This document shows, piece by piece, positions 40,200 through 49,835 of a stretch of DNA of 64,000 nucleotides. The DNA comes from Candidatus Micrarchaeota archaeon (lineage in GTDB: Archaea; Micrarchaeota; Micrarchaeia; Anstonellales; Bilamarchaeaceae), in the NCBI GenBank assembly GCA_038046805.1, contig JBBSVO010000003.1, forward strand, positions 115,120 to 179,119, read 5' to 3'. The notes below the pieces were generated by a model. It was not told the DNA's origin, made no database searches, and saw only the letters and a list, made by a program, of their open reading frames with translations. The first letter of the stretch is position 1; the number at the start of each line of letters is the position of its first letter. Position numbers and translations under genes: made by a program.

Positions 40200-41339
40200 A
40201 TGATGTCTGATTTAGAATATGTAGACCCCGAAGGGTTGCGCCTTATTGTATTATACCATCCAAACGACGACTTTAGAAGAACCGTAGAACTTGAACTCCT
40301 GAGAAGATATGTAGAGAAAGGAGACCTCGAACTATTAGCTCTATTAGTAAATGAACCTCTAACAACTACAGATGGCTTGACAGATGGATTGATAAGAATA
40401 TTATCTGAGACTCCAGTTGAAGAATTCCGATCACAACCCGGATTCTTGACCGGTCTTCTTGAAGACAATAGATTACTCAACAGAGCAAGGGATTTGATAA
40501 AAACTATCCTGAATAGAATATCGGAACAACTAGATACAGGAATAGAAAATAAATCCGAATCAACACTCTTCGAAATAGCGGTTGATGGAACAAAACCCGA
40601 ATCTCTAAGAATAGCTGCCGGAGTGTCAATAGTTAAGAAAAAATCCGGAGCAAAGAAAACTGATGATCTTCTCAGAATGTCGAAAAACCTCGGGCTACAC
40701 CCACAAGTGCGACAGGATGCAGAAGAGGAATTAATTAAACTAAAAACAGAAGAAATCAGAGGTTATGTGGAAAAAGGAGATTACCATTCGGTTATCCGCA
40801 TGTATCAGGATAAAGGTATGCCCCCAGTCGTAACCGAGGAAGCATATTCGCACATAAAAACAGCAGTTGACCGAAAAGTAGATGGATTGGTAAAGAACGG
40901 AGAGTATTCAAAGATACTGGATATGAAATTAGATGGAGAACTGATTGAAATGGGAATACAGATTAGTGAAGACAGTGTAAAAGACGCGACACTGGTAGCT
41001 GTAGGGTTTGCAGAAGCAAACGGCAGATATTACACAGTTATTGATATTTCAAAAGATGAACGACTGGGCCCGGAATTAAGAGTAGTTGTAAAAGGAAAAA
41101 TTCCGGCCGCGGCACGACGTGCTCTGGAAAGCAAATCCATCAACCATGATCTTGAAAATAAAATGAGGATGGTTGGGCGAGAAGAGATTCCACCAGAAAT
41201 TCGAGAACAAACAAGAATAGTCCTTGTCAGAAAGGCACAGGAGTATGCGACAGAATGGATGAAAATTAAACCTAGCCCTCGTAGAGATTTAGAGGCATAT
41301 CTTCAAAATGCAAGAAGATGTGCGAAATTAGCAACATAA
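40200..41339 (+). CDS. Hypothetical alpha-helical repeat protein
   Basis: 380-aa ORF with recurring YVEKGD-like units. Confidence 0.7.
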   Translation: MMSDLEYVDPEGLRLIVLYHPNDDFRRTVELELLRRYVEKGDLELLALLVNEPLTTTDGLTDGLIRILSETPVEEFRSQPGFLTGLLEDNRLLNRARDLIKTILNRISEQLDTGIENKSESTLFEIAVDGTKPESLRIAAGVSIVKKKSGAKKTDDLLRMSKNLGLHPQVRQDAEEELIKLKTEEIRGYVEKGDYHSVIRMYQDKGMPPVVTEEAYSHIKTAVDRKVDGLVKNGEYSKILDMKLDGELIEMGIQISEDSVKDATLVAVGFAEANGRYYTVIDISKDERLGPELRVVVKGKIPAAARRALESKSINHDLENKMRMVGREEIPPEIREQTRIVLVRKAQEYATEWMKIKPSPRRDLEAYLQNARRCAKLAT

Positions 41340-41349
41340 ATTTTCATTG

Positions 41350-41461
41350 TGTCAAAAACCACTGGTTAGAGACCAGTGGCTTGTTTTTGACAGGCAGAGA
41401 TTCCACGACTGGGCCAGGTAATGATTATGTGACCATTAGTCACAGACTAGTGGAATCTCTG
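41350..41461. mobile_element. Non-autonomous IS200/IS605-end-like palindromic element
   Basis: GTCAAAAACCACTGGTTAGAGACCAGTGGCTT resembles the IS end at 19245; followed by the IR CAGAGATTCCAC..GTGGAATCTCTG. Confidence 0.5.
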
Positions 41462-41470
41462 GATTTAGAA

Positions 41471-42598
41471 TCATTTCAAAAGGGCTTTCCCTTCCTCTGA
41501 AATTTTTTCCCGCATTTCCTCCGGGCACATCACCATTACCTTGCGCCTTTTTTCCTCGCTTGTTTTCAGTGCTGCAACGATATCTGAAATGCGCGAGATA
41601 GGTTCAACAATTCCTGTGTCAAACTTAACTTTAAAATCAATTGGCTTGAAAAAACCAGATGGATATTCAACTATAACATCACATTTATATTTCTGCTTTA
41701 GTACGTCTTCCAGCTTTTTCGTTTTTGTCTGAAGCTTTTCAGGATCGGTTTCCGAGGGTTTGAATGAAAATGCCTCTTTGTATAATTTCCGTCCGACAAG
41801 CGCGCTTATGTATGGAGACGAACCAGCCACGCCTGCCAATGCTGAAAGAATCTCGTCATCATTCATGATTGTAAATTTTTCCGGCTCAAAACCTTCTGAA
41901 ACCGCGCTTTGAATCGCTTTATGGTAAATTGCCGCAGCGATTCGAACTGTGCGGTGCAGATAAACCGTTGAAAACATCAGAAAACGAGCGATTAAAAGGG
42001 ATTCCGCGGCTTCAAGACCGCCTTCGTTGATGACAAGCGAACCTGTTTCGTCGTTCAACTCCATAGTGTGCATAATGCGTTCTGTGTCGATTACGCCGTA
42101 AGCAACCCCGGTATTCGCTGAATCCCTTACAAGATAATCCATCCTGTCTGCGCCCAGGTCAGAACAGACGACCTGGCCTATTTTCGCATTCTCGAGATTC
42201 ATTATTTCTTCCGCATTCCACGATTCGTTCAAAATAGTGCCGATTTCTCCAGTAAGAACTTTTTTCTTTCCGATTTCCTCATGAGTTCGAAGATGAGGCT
42301 CGAGGACCTTTTCTGATTCATGCGAAAACGGCAGATGACCAATATCGTGAAGAAGTGCAAATAAGCGAACCTTTTGCGCATCGTCATCGCTCAAACCAAG
42401 CTTGCGGCACAACTCGCTTGCAAGATGAAAAACACCTATTGAATGCTCAAAACGCGTGTGGTTTGCGCCCGGATAAACCAGATAAGTGAACGCCATTTGT
42501 TTTATTCTGCGAAGCCGCTGAAAATCCAGAGTATCAACTATCCTTTCTTCGAGTTCGTTGAAATAGATATTTCCGTGAATTTCGTCCTTTATCATCAT
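41471..42598 (-). CDS. HD-domain phosphohydrolase (dNTPase/SAMHD1-like)
   Basis: FQRLRRIKQ, HTRFEHSIG, LLHDIGH, ADRMDYLVRD, VYLH. Confidence 0.93.
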   Translation of the reverse strand: MMIKDEIHGNIYFNELEERIVDTLDFQRLRRIKQMAFTYLVYPGANHTRFEHSIGVFHLASELCRKLGLSDDDAQKVRLFALLHDIGHLPFSHESEKVLEPHLRTHEEIGKKKVLTGEIGTILNESWNAEEIMNLENAKIGQVVCSDLGADRMDYLVRDSANTGVAYGVIDTERIMHTMELNDETGSLVINEGGLEAAESLLIARFLMFSTVYLHRTVRIAAAIYHKAIQSAVSEGFEPEKFTIMNDDEILSALAGVAGSSPYISALVGRKLYKEAFSFKPSETDPEKLQTKTKKLEDVLKQKYKCDVIVEYPSGFFKPIDFKVKFDTGIVEPISRISDIVAALKTSEEKRRKVMVMCPEEMREKISEEGKALLK

Positions 42599-42654
42599 TC
42601 TAAAGTCACCGCTAACAGCCCATAGCTCAAGGCTCACTACCAAATGCCAATGTG

Positions 42655-43524
42655 CTATGCAAGGCAGAAACTGTCCTTCTTCTTTTCCAGAACATCTCCG
42701 TTGTCAGACATTATCCTAAGAATTGATCTGCATCCGTCTTCTTCGGTTTTGCACGCACTCGCGATCGCGGAAACAGTCATCGTCCCCTTAAGATTTTTCT
42801 GCACAAGTTCAGATACCTTGGCAAAGTATTGCTTTGTTGCAACATAGAATTTTCCGTCAAACCCCTTTATCCCAACCACGTCTCCCTTTGGCAGTTTCTT
42901 TATTTCATCTGAGATTTTCTGCGCCTCTCCCTGACTGGAAAAGATTGCGTAGCCGCGCTTTAGGATTTCCAACATCGAACTGCTTTGGATTGTTTGATTC
43001 GTCACTGGAGAATGGGCAGATTGGACTTGTGAAATATTTTGTCCGAAAGCGTTTTGTCCGGAAACCCCTGCCTTCAACAACGGATAGATTTTGTCATCGA
43101 TATTATAAACGCCGGTATTCTTGTATTTTGTCCCGTAAAACACGCTTACAAAACCTTTTTTCTCAAGCTCTTTGAGAACTGCAAGCTCTTCTGGCTTAAA
43201 AACTTCTTTAACATGCGCCGGAGTACGGTTCTCAAAACGAATTGTCAGAAGGCCGTGAAGGAGTTTGCGCTCTGCTGGAGAAAGAGATAACGAAGATGAA
43301 GTTTGTGACACAGCTTGCGGAACCCCTTCTTTTTCCTGTTTTTTTGTTCCGTCTGGGAGCGATACAGAAACCGATGTATGCGCGGACATTCCTGACGTAA
43401 GCAGATAAAATCCGTCTTTGAGTGGGAACAACTCTAATTCACCTGAAACGGAAAGCGAATTCGCCAGCTCGTCCGGTATCTGTAAGTAGAATTTATCATC
43501 CTTTTTGAATAAAGAGAGCTGCAT
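42655..43524 (-). CDS. Hypothetical protein (AbrB-like N-terminus, winged-helix-like domains)
   Basis: FYLQIPDELA N-terminus; C-terminal helix-wing pattern. Confidence 0.7.
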   Translation of the reverse strand: MQLSLFKKDDKFYLQIPDELANSLSVSGELELFPLKDGFYLLTSGMSAHTSVSVSLPDGTKKQEKEGVPQAVSQTSSSLSLSPAERKLLHGLLTIRFENRTPAHVKEVFKPEELAVLKELEKKGFVSVFYGTKYKNTGVYNIDDKIYPLLKAGVSGQNAFGQNISQVQSAHSPVTNQTIQSSSMLEILKRGYAIFSSQGEAQKISDEIKKLPKGDVVGIKGFDGKFYVATKQYFAKVSELVQKNLKGTMTVSAIASACKTEEDGCRSILRIMSDNGDVLEKKKDSFCLA

Positions 43525-43598
43525 GAACTGATTTCGCGCTGGGGGTTAAAAAAGCTGATGTTTAATGTTTTTAAATCCGTTGTTCCTAATAAACATTT

Positions 43599-44255
43599 AT
43601 GGGTTCAACCTTTAGAAACAGCGTCATACACGATCCAGGCTCCAAAGGATGGAAACAATTTAATCCGCTTCGCCTTGGCATTAACGGGTATCTGCTGGTT
43701 GACGACGTCGTTCACAGGTCAATAAACAGGCCCGCGGAATGAGTTGAGAGAAAAACAGGCATAAGCAAGTATGCAATGGGTTGGCTCGCGGTAACTACTG
43801 GCGTTAGCGCTGAATTGGTGATCGCCTCAAATTATGCACCACCAGACCAATTTGAGTTTCACGCACTTACGAGTATTCTCGGGCCACTATACTTATCTCT
43901 CAAGAAGATGAAAAAACTTGTTACCCCTGCAACTGGATTTACTTATGACAGCAATATTGAGTCAGATGCACGTGTTATAATTTTTTTAGGAGGATCAGTT
44001 ATATCTGGCCTGGCGTACTACTTAGCTCCAGGGGTTAATCCTGGGCTTTATGGTGTTGCCGGTGGCGGCATAGGCCTTACTTCAATAGGTACGGCAATGT
44101 ATCTTACAACCTCAAGTAACGGGACAATCGACGGGTTTAAGAGTTATGTTAAAGAAAAGTTGGGGAAATTAGTGACTGCATACAAGAAGCTCCGCACTCC
44201 GGCCCCAGTTCCTGAGACTGGATTGAACGAGCCGGTGCCTTCCTTAACTTTTTGA
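43599..44255 (+). pseudogene. Membrane protein gene with one in-frame TGA (43740-43742)
   Basis: ATG 43599, ~25 nt after a TTTTAAA box, is in frame with the ORF at 43776 and reads ..RPAE*VERKTGISKY.. Confidence 0.6.
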
Positions 44256-44364
44256 TGATGAGGGTAACCGGTTCATATTCGTTTAAAAGAATTCAAATTC
44301 TATTAATAGAAACCTGATTATGTCAAACAAAAAACTTTATAACCTTGCAATTACTACTATCTCT

Positions 44365-45681
44365 ATGGCAATCTCCCCTTTTGAAGAAAGATACAAAACT
44401 GAAATGAATTCGATTTTTGAAGAAGAGAACAAGCTGCGCAAATGGATGGATGTTGAAATTGCATTGGCAAAGGCGCACGCGGGGATGAAAACAATTCCAA
44501 AGGACGCTGTAGAAAAAATCGCCGGCGGAGCAAAGAAAGTCAAACTCGAAAGAGTAAATGAAATAGAAGCCGAAATTCATCATGATTTAATGGCAATGGT
44601 AAGGGCGCTCAGCGAGCAGGCAGGAGATGCCGGAAAATACGTTCATCTCGGAGCGACGAGCTATGATATCGAGGATACGGCAACCGCGCTCATATTCCTT
44701 GATGCGATAGCTCTGCTGGAAAAACATCTTTCCGGATTCGCGGAAGTGCTCCGCTCAATTGCGATTAAGCACAAGAAAACCGTTTGCATAGGCAGAACGC
44801 ACGGACAGCACGCAGTTCCAACAACATATGGCCTGAAATTCGCGATTTATTATCAGGAGTGCCTCAGGAATCTGGAACGCCTGCACGAGGCAAAGAAACG
44901 CATCGGAGTCGGAAAAATGTCCGGTGCAACCGGAACAATGGCAACATTTCTCGGAAGCGGTGGAAAAATCCAAACTCTGGTCATGAAAAATCTGGGGTTA
45001 AAGCCTGCGCCAGCCTCAAATCAGGTTATCCAGCGTGACAGGCACGCAGAAGTAATGTTTGTACTCGCACTAATTGCAGCAATGCTTGAAAAAATCGCAA
45101 AAGAAATCCGCAACCTCCAGCGCACGGAAATCTTAGAAGTCTCAGAACCGTTTGGTGCAAAACAGGTCGGCTCTTCGACAATGCCGCAAAAAAGGAATCC
45201 GCACAAGAGCGAGCGTGTTTGCAGCATCGCGCGACTGGTCAGGGCAAACGTACAGACGGCATTGGAAAACATACCGCTTGAGCACGAGCGGGATCTCACC
45301 AACTCGGCAAACGAACGCGCAATATTTTCAGAAAGCTTTATAGCAACCGATTACATGCTGGGTGAAATGACGAAAATTCTTGGCGGATTGGAATTTTTTG
45401 AAGATAATATAAAGAAAAATCTCGAACTGACAAAAGGCTTAATAATGGCCGAACGTTTGATGATTTTCCTTGTTTCAAAAAAGAGTTATGGACGACAGGA
45501 AGCGCACGAAATAGTGCGCCAGCTTGCTCAGGAAGCATTCAGGCAAAAGATCCACCTAAAGGAAATGGTCAAGCGGAGCAAAATAGGAATAATCATGCGC
45601 GACAGCGAGCTGGACGAGATTTTCAACCCGGAAACATACATAGGGGAAGCCGAAAGAATAGCTGATGAGGCCTCAAAATAA
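44365..45681 (+). CDS. purB: Adenylosuccinate lyase
   Basis: HHDLMA, HLGATSYD, GRTHGQHA, GSSTMPQKRNP, HERDLTNS. Confidence 0.97.
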   Translation: MAISPFEERYKTEMNSIFEEENKLRKWMDVEIALAKAHAGMKTIPKDAVEKIAGGAKKVKLERVNEIEAEIHHDLMAMVRALSEQAGDAGKYVHLGATSYDIEDTATALIFLDAIALLEKHLSGFAEVLRSIAIKHKKTVCIGRTHGQHAVPTTYGLKFAIYYQECLRNLERLHEAKKRIGVGKMSGATGTMATFLGSGGKIQTLVMKNLGLKPAPASNQVIQRDRHAEVMFVLALIAAMLEKIAKEIRNLQRTEILEVSEPFGAKQVGSSTMPQKRNPHKSERVCSIARLVRANVQTALENIPLEHERDLTNSANERAIFSESFIATDYMLGEMTKILGGLEFFEDNIKKNLELTKGLIMAERLMIFLVSKKSYGRQEAHEIVRQLAQEAFRQKIHLKEMVKRSKIGIIMRDSELDEIFNPETYIGEAERIADEASK

Positions 45682-45795
45682 CCAAAAAAAGCCGCGAAAC
45701 CGGAAACCGAAAACCGGAAACGGATTGGGGCAAGGCTTTTAATACCCGTTTCCTAATTCTACCTCAGAGATAGATAACGGGATTGAGTGATTCAC

Positions 45796-46605
45796 ATGGT
45801 CAGTCAGAACAAACTCCTAATGTATGTGTCAATAGGACTTGCATTTTTAGGTGCACTTTTTGCAATGATAGGCGGCGGCGGGATATTCTCAATGATAGGT
45901 GGGATAGCCGCCGGCATAGGCGGGCTTCTCGGAATATTGTTCAGCCGCTACGGATACATCATGATACCGCTTATCACAAAGGGAACCAAGACAATAATGA
46001 TAACAGATACCGGATTTGAAGTGCCACCGTCCCAAGACGTTATAGTAAAGGAATCACAGGGAACATACTATGCCTCAGCTTTCCTTGGATTAAAAATATT
46101 CGAATCTGCGAGCGAAAAAAGCAGCGAGGAAAATGTATTATACAACGAATCTTTTGAACGCGCAATATCCAACCTCAGAAACGTTACAAAGATCGCATAC
46201 ATGCTTTACGTAGAAGATATTGGAGAAAAGAGAAAGACTATAGAGGCAAAAAGGGCAGAGGCACAATTAAGGCTTGCGCGAGAGCGCGAAAAACCAGAGC
46301 CGGATGTTCTTAGAATTGACAAATACGAACGTGAAGTTGCGCTGTGGGACCTTCAGCTAAACAAACTTGTAAAAGGAATAAAACCAATGGGGGTAATCGC
46401 ATATGCAATGACAACCGCAACAGGTGTGAGTAAGGAAGGTGCAATTGCGGGTGTGAAGGTGCAGGCAAACGAACTCAAATCGATTCTTGCAAACTCCCTG
46501 AACGTAGAGGTTGAATGGCTTACAGCAGACGAGATGCTCAAATGCTTTGAATGGGAAAGAATGATGCCCACGAGCCCGCAGGAACTTGAGGAAAGCGTAG
46601 TTTAA
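45796..46605 (+). CDS. 2-TM membrane protein with alpha/beta and coiled-coil domain (VirB4 N-terminal-like, tentative)
   Basis: Gly-rich TM hairpin, then a soluble domain; immediately upstream of the VirB4-like ATPase. Confidence 0.75.
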   Translation: MVSQNKLLMYVSIGLAFLGALFAMIGGGGIFSMIGGIAAGIGGLLGILFSRYGYIMIPLITKGTKTIMITDTGFEVPPSQDVIVKESQGTYYASAFLGLKIFESASEKSSEENVLYNESFERAISNLRNVTKIAYMLYVEDIGEKRKTIEAKRAEAQLRLAREREKPEPDVLRIDKYEREVALWDLQLNKLVKGIKPMGVIAYAMTTATGVSKEGAIAGVKVQANELKSILANSLNVEVEWLTADEMLKCFEWERMMPTSPQELEESVV

Positions 46606-46689
46606 AGTACTGGATAATGTGATAAAATGGGATGACTGGGAATAAAACCAGTAGTAGAGAATTGCAGCTAACCACGGAGATGGGGAAAA

Positions 46690-48270
46690 ATGTTTGGCGG
46701 AAAAATAAAAATCAGTAAAATATCTAACAAGGAAATTTCCAAAAGAAATCTTCTTGTTCACCCTCCAGAGCCTCCGGCGGAGATAATATTCGCAGATCCG
46801 GCAAATTCTATATATGTAGGAAGGACCAGAGTTTTTCACGTTCCGTTTTACTGGTCATATGAACACGTGCCAAACCCGCACATATCAATCGTAGGAATAA
46901 GCGGAAGTGGAAAAAGCTACTTCATCAAAACATTTCTGTTGCGCGCGTCTTTTGTATGGGATTCGAATGCACTGGTATTTGACTGGGCAGGAGAATACAA
47001 AGACTGGGTAAAACAAACGAATGGGAAGGTAATTTCGCTAGGTAAAGGATCATATCTCAACTTGTTGGATTTGGGCGGAATGAAGCCGTATGACCGGATA
47101 AAACAGGTTGTCAGAACACTTGAGCTGCTTACAGATCTTGCAAATTACCCGGAACAAAGGAGACTCACGGAACAGGCGATTGAAAAGTCATATATGGAAA
47201 ACAAATACAAAATGGATTCTCTTGACCACAAGGATGAATTGGGAAAGCCACTTAGCCCGCCAACGCTAAAGGACGTGGTTCGCATATTAGAGGAACAATC
47301 AAAACTCGGCACATATGAAATCCCGGCAGAACTTGAAAATGCGATATACCGGCTCAAACAATTCACAAAAAGCGGAGAGGATTTCTTTGCGCAGCAAAGC
47401 ACAGTAAGCCTGGATGCGCTTGTGACCTCCGGACTCGTAGACCTTGATCTCTCAGGCCTTCCTGATGAAACATTTAGGGCACTTGGCGCACTTACCGTTC
47501 TTCAGTTTGTAAAGGAAAAGATGAGAGCGTCGGGATGGGCAAAACAAAAGGGTCTACGACTTATAGTTGTCATAGACGAAGCATGGAAAATTGCAAAAGA
47601 AGAAAACAGCGACGCGGTCATGATAGTAAGGGAAGGGCGAAAATACAATTTCGGGCTCATTGTGGCAAGCCAAAATCCGACAGATATTAGCGAGGCAATA
47701 TTCAGCAACGTAGGCACTACGTTCATACTCAAGGTAAAATTCGAAAGATTCCTGGATTATCTGCAGGGAACGCTTAATTTCAGTCATTATATGCGAAATG
47801 AGATAGCGAAATTAGGGGTTGGACAATGCGCAGTAAACATGGCGTTCCATTCAACAACCCCATACCCGCCAACGTTCCTTTTGGATAAGATAGAGGGAGA
47901 GGAACCATCTAAGGAATTCTTCCTTGACCTGGATAAGGTTCTTAGTACTGCACAACGGAGGGATATTGCTATGGCAAAATCAGTTGCTTTTGTAAAAGAA
48001 GAGTTTAGGAGACGGGTAAGACAGTATGGACTCAATGATGAGAAGATAGAGGAAATATCCAAACTATTCGAAAGAAGTAACAGACACATTGATGTTGTTT
48101 CGTTCGTTATTCTCATGGAAAGATACGGACTGGTGCGAAGAAATATAAGCGACTTTCTAAAGGACGCGGGAATAGACGATATAACAATAATAAACATATT
48201 CGGAAAAGTAGATATAAAGAAAAACGAGCTCGGTGGACGGGACATAACCCAGGTAATACTGGAAGATTAG
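46690..48270 (+). CDS. VirB4/HerA-like (FtsK-HerA superfamily) ATPase
   Basis: NPHISIVGISGSGKS (Walker A), FDWAGEY, VVIDEAW (Walker B), REGRKY, ASQ; extra ~100-aa C-terminal domain. Confidence 0.9.
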   Translation: MFGGKIKISKISNKEISKRNLLVHPPEPPAEIIFADPANSIYVGRTRVFHVPFYWSYEHVPNPHISIVGISGSGKSYFIKTFLLRASFVWDSNALVFDWAGEYKDWVKQTNGKVISLGKGSYLNLLDLGGMKPYDRIKQVVRTLELLTDLANYPEQRRLTEQAIEKSYMENKYKMDSLDHKDELGKPLSPPTLKDVVRILEEQSKLGTYEIPAELENAIYRLKQFTKSGEDFFAQQSTVSLDALVTSGLVDLDLSGLPDETFRALGALTVLQFVKEKMRASGWAKQKGLRLIVVIDEAWKIAKEENSDAVMIVREGRKYNFGLIVASQNPTDISEAIFSNVGTTFILKVKFERFLDYLQGTLNFSHYMRNEIAKLGVGQCAVNMAFHSTTPYPPTFLLDKIEGEEPSKEFFLDLDKVLSTAQRRDIAMAKSVAFVKEEFRRRVRQYGLNDEKIEEISKLFERSNRHIDVVSFVILMERYGLVRRNISDFLKDAGIDDITIINIFGKVDIKKNELGGRDITQVILED

Positions 48271-48316
48271 AAGAGTTGAAGAGTTAAGGATTATTACTGA
48301 GTTGAGTGGTGATGAT

Positions 48317-48715
48317 ATGGTCAACTGCGCGATTTGTAATGGAACGAATGGGGTAAAGGGCATCAGAGTGAAGAATGATTTTGTTGTAGGTGCCGCCAGA
48401 CGTATAAAGAAACTTCTAAACAAGCCATTAAACAACAATGTTTTTCTATGCGGGGAGCATATGAAAGACCAGATGGAAAAACGTAAGAAGTTTGAAAAAG
48501 CAGCAATGATCGCAGGGATTGTAACTATGTTCGTAGTGCTGGTGTTAGTAGCGTTACCAGTCTTTCTTGGTAGATTTGACTTCCGAAATATCATTGTTTC
48601 GATAATATTTATAGCGATAATTGTTCTCTTCACATTAATATTCCGGTACGCCCCTTCGATTGAAGTTATGGGTTCGGAGGCTGCCCGCAAAGAAGAGAAG
48701 ATAAAAAAGAGGTGA
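48317..48715 (+). CDS. Small 2-TM protein with CxxC..CxxH zinc site
   Basis: CAIC and CGEH, followed by two TM helices. Confidence 0.75.
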   Translation: MVNCAICNGTNGVKGIRVKNDFVVGAARRIKKLLNKPLNNNVFLCGEHMKDQMEKRKKFEKAAMIAGIVTMFVVLVLVALPVFLGRFDFRNIIVSIIFIAIIVLFTLIFRYAPSIEVMGSEAARKEEKIKKR

Positions 48716-48719
48716 AAAT

Positions 48720-49517
48720 ATGCCGTTAATCCCAACACCGCAACAAAAAGGTGCCACTGCAACAGCGCAGCAGAGTGCGAAAACAGGACAGTCAGGTACA
48801 TTATCTTCTAGAACACCGCTGGTTGATGGATTTAAGATATCTGCAAAACTTAAAACCAGTATAAAGGAAGTCTCGACAGCATTGCGTTCGATATCCTTCC
48901 TGGAAGTTGCGCAGGAAAAAGACGGTGCTAGCGCAGCATACGTTGAAAGCAGAGATATAAACCGTATTCCGTATCTTTTTTCAATTCTCAGATTAACAGA
49001 TGATTCAATAGAACTGGAGTATACTATACCAAGCGGCATATCTCCAAAAAAGAGACGTCTGGATATGGTCAGATATTTTATGAATCTGGTAACTCTTCTT
49101 AGCACACATTATACGATTGACACAAAGGTAATCCTGCAGATCATGGAAAATGTTGTGAAGGATGCAACAGATTCTGTTGGCACGGAATATTCAAAACTTT
49201 ATACGGAATATGATACCCTGAAAAAAGAGCTTGACGACGTTAAAAGAAAATTAAAGCGTCTTGAAGATGATAACAATGCATTGCGAAGGGAGAACTATGA
49301 TGTTAAGGGAAGAAATGACGAGCTCATGTTAAGACTTGGAAAGCTCGAAAACCTTACAGATGACGTATTACGGGCAAAAGTACAGGAATGGATTGTTGAG
49401 CACAACGGAGAGATAAACATCGTGGAATTTTCTAAGGTAAACAATGTTAATGAAGTTCGTGTTGAAGAAGTTCTGAACCAGCTTGTAACGGAAGGATATA
49501 TTGAATCTGTACAATAA
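48720..49517 (+). CDS. Coiled-coil protein with C-terminal winged helix
   Basis: Heptad region YDTLKKELDD..LENL; GEINIVEFSK..RVEEVLNQLVTEGYI. Confidence 0.8.
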   Translation: MPLIPTPQQKGATATAQQSAKTGQSGTLSSRTPLVDGFKISAKLKTSIKEVSTALRSISFLEVAQEKDGASAAYVESRDINRIPYLFSILRLTDDSIELEYTIPSGISPKKRRLDMVRYFMNLVTLLSTHYTIDTKVILQIMENVVKDATDSVGTEYSKLYTEYDTLKKELDDVKRKLKRLEDDNNALRRENYDVKGRNDELMLRLGKLENLTDDVLRAKVQEWIVEHNGEINIVEFSKVNNVNEVRVEEVLNQLVTEGYIESVQ

Positions 49518-49519
49518 GT

Positions 49520-49583
49520 TATATCAAACCAACAAAGTTTTCCGGAGTTTTATCCGGTCTCTCGGCGAGGCTGGTTTGATATA
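49520..49583. mobile_element. 64-bp MITE-like element, copy 2
   Basis: TATATCAAACCAAC...GCTGGTTTGATATA. Confidence 0.55.
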
Positions 49584-49724
49584 TGTCAAGAACGACCTAT
49601 AAAACGGCAAACCGTTTTATGGTCCATTGAACGATTCGTCGTTCAATTGGACGTTTCGTTCTTGGGGATTTGAGAACCGAAAAGTTCTCAAAGTGCTCGT
49701 GATCGTTGCGACGATCGCGACACT
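49582..49724. repeat. Nested/composite double-hairpin elements
   Basis: A 55-bp doublet (49596-49650) sits inside the loop of TCAAGAACGA|CGTTTCGTTCTTG; two more hairpins follow. Confidence 0.85.
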
Positions 49725-49835
49725 GTGAACCCGAAAAACATTTCGGGGTCGCTGTAAGCACAAAACGCGACGCAGATATTGCTGAGAACCAAGAACTCTG
49801 GACTGAAAACAGGAATATGGTGGTGCGGCCAGTAT

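Noticed and set aside
7858..43742. Genome-wide stop-codon reassignment suggested by the in-frame TAG and TGA
   Set aside because: Conserved genes end normally at TAG (purP) and TGA (lysS, purM, cca) and none is fragmented.
44253..44317. C/D box sRNA (TGATGA...CTGA)
   Set aside because: The C-like box overlaps tandem stop codons; no convincing C'/D' boxes or guide target visible.
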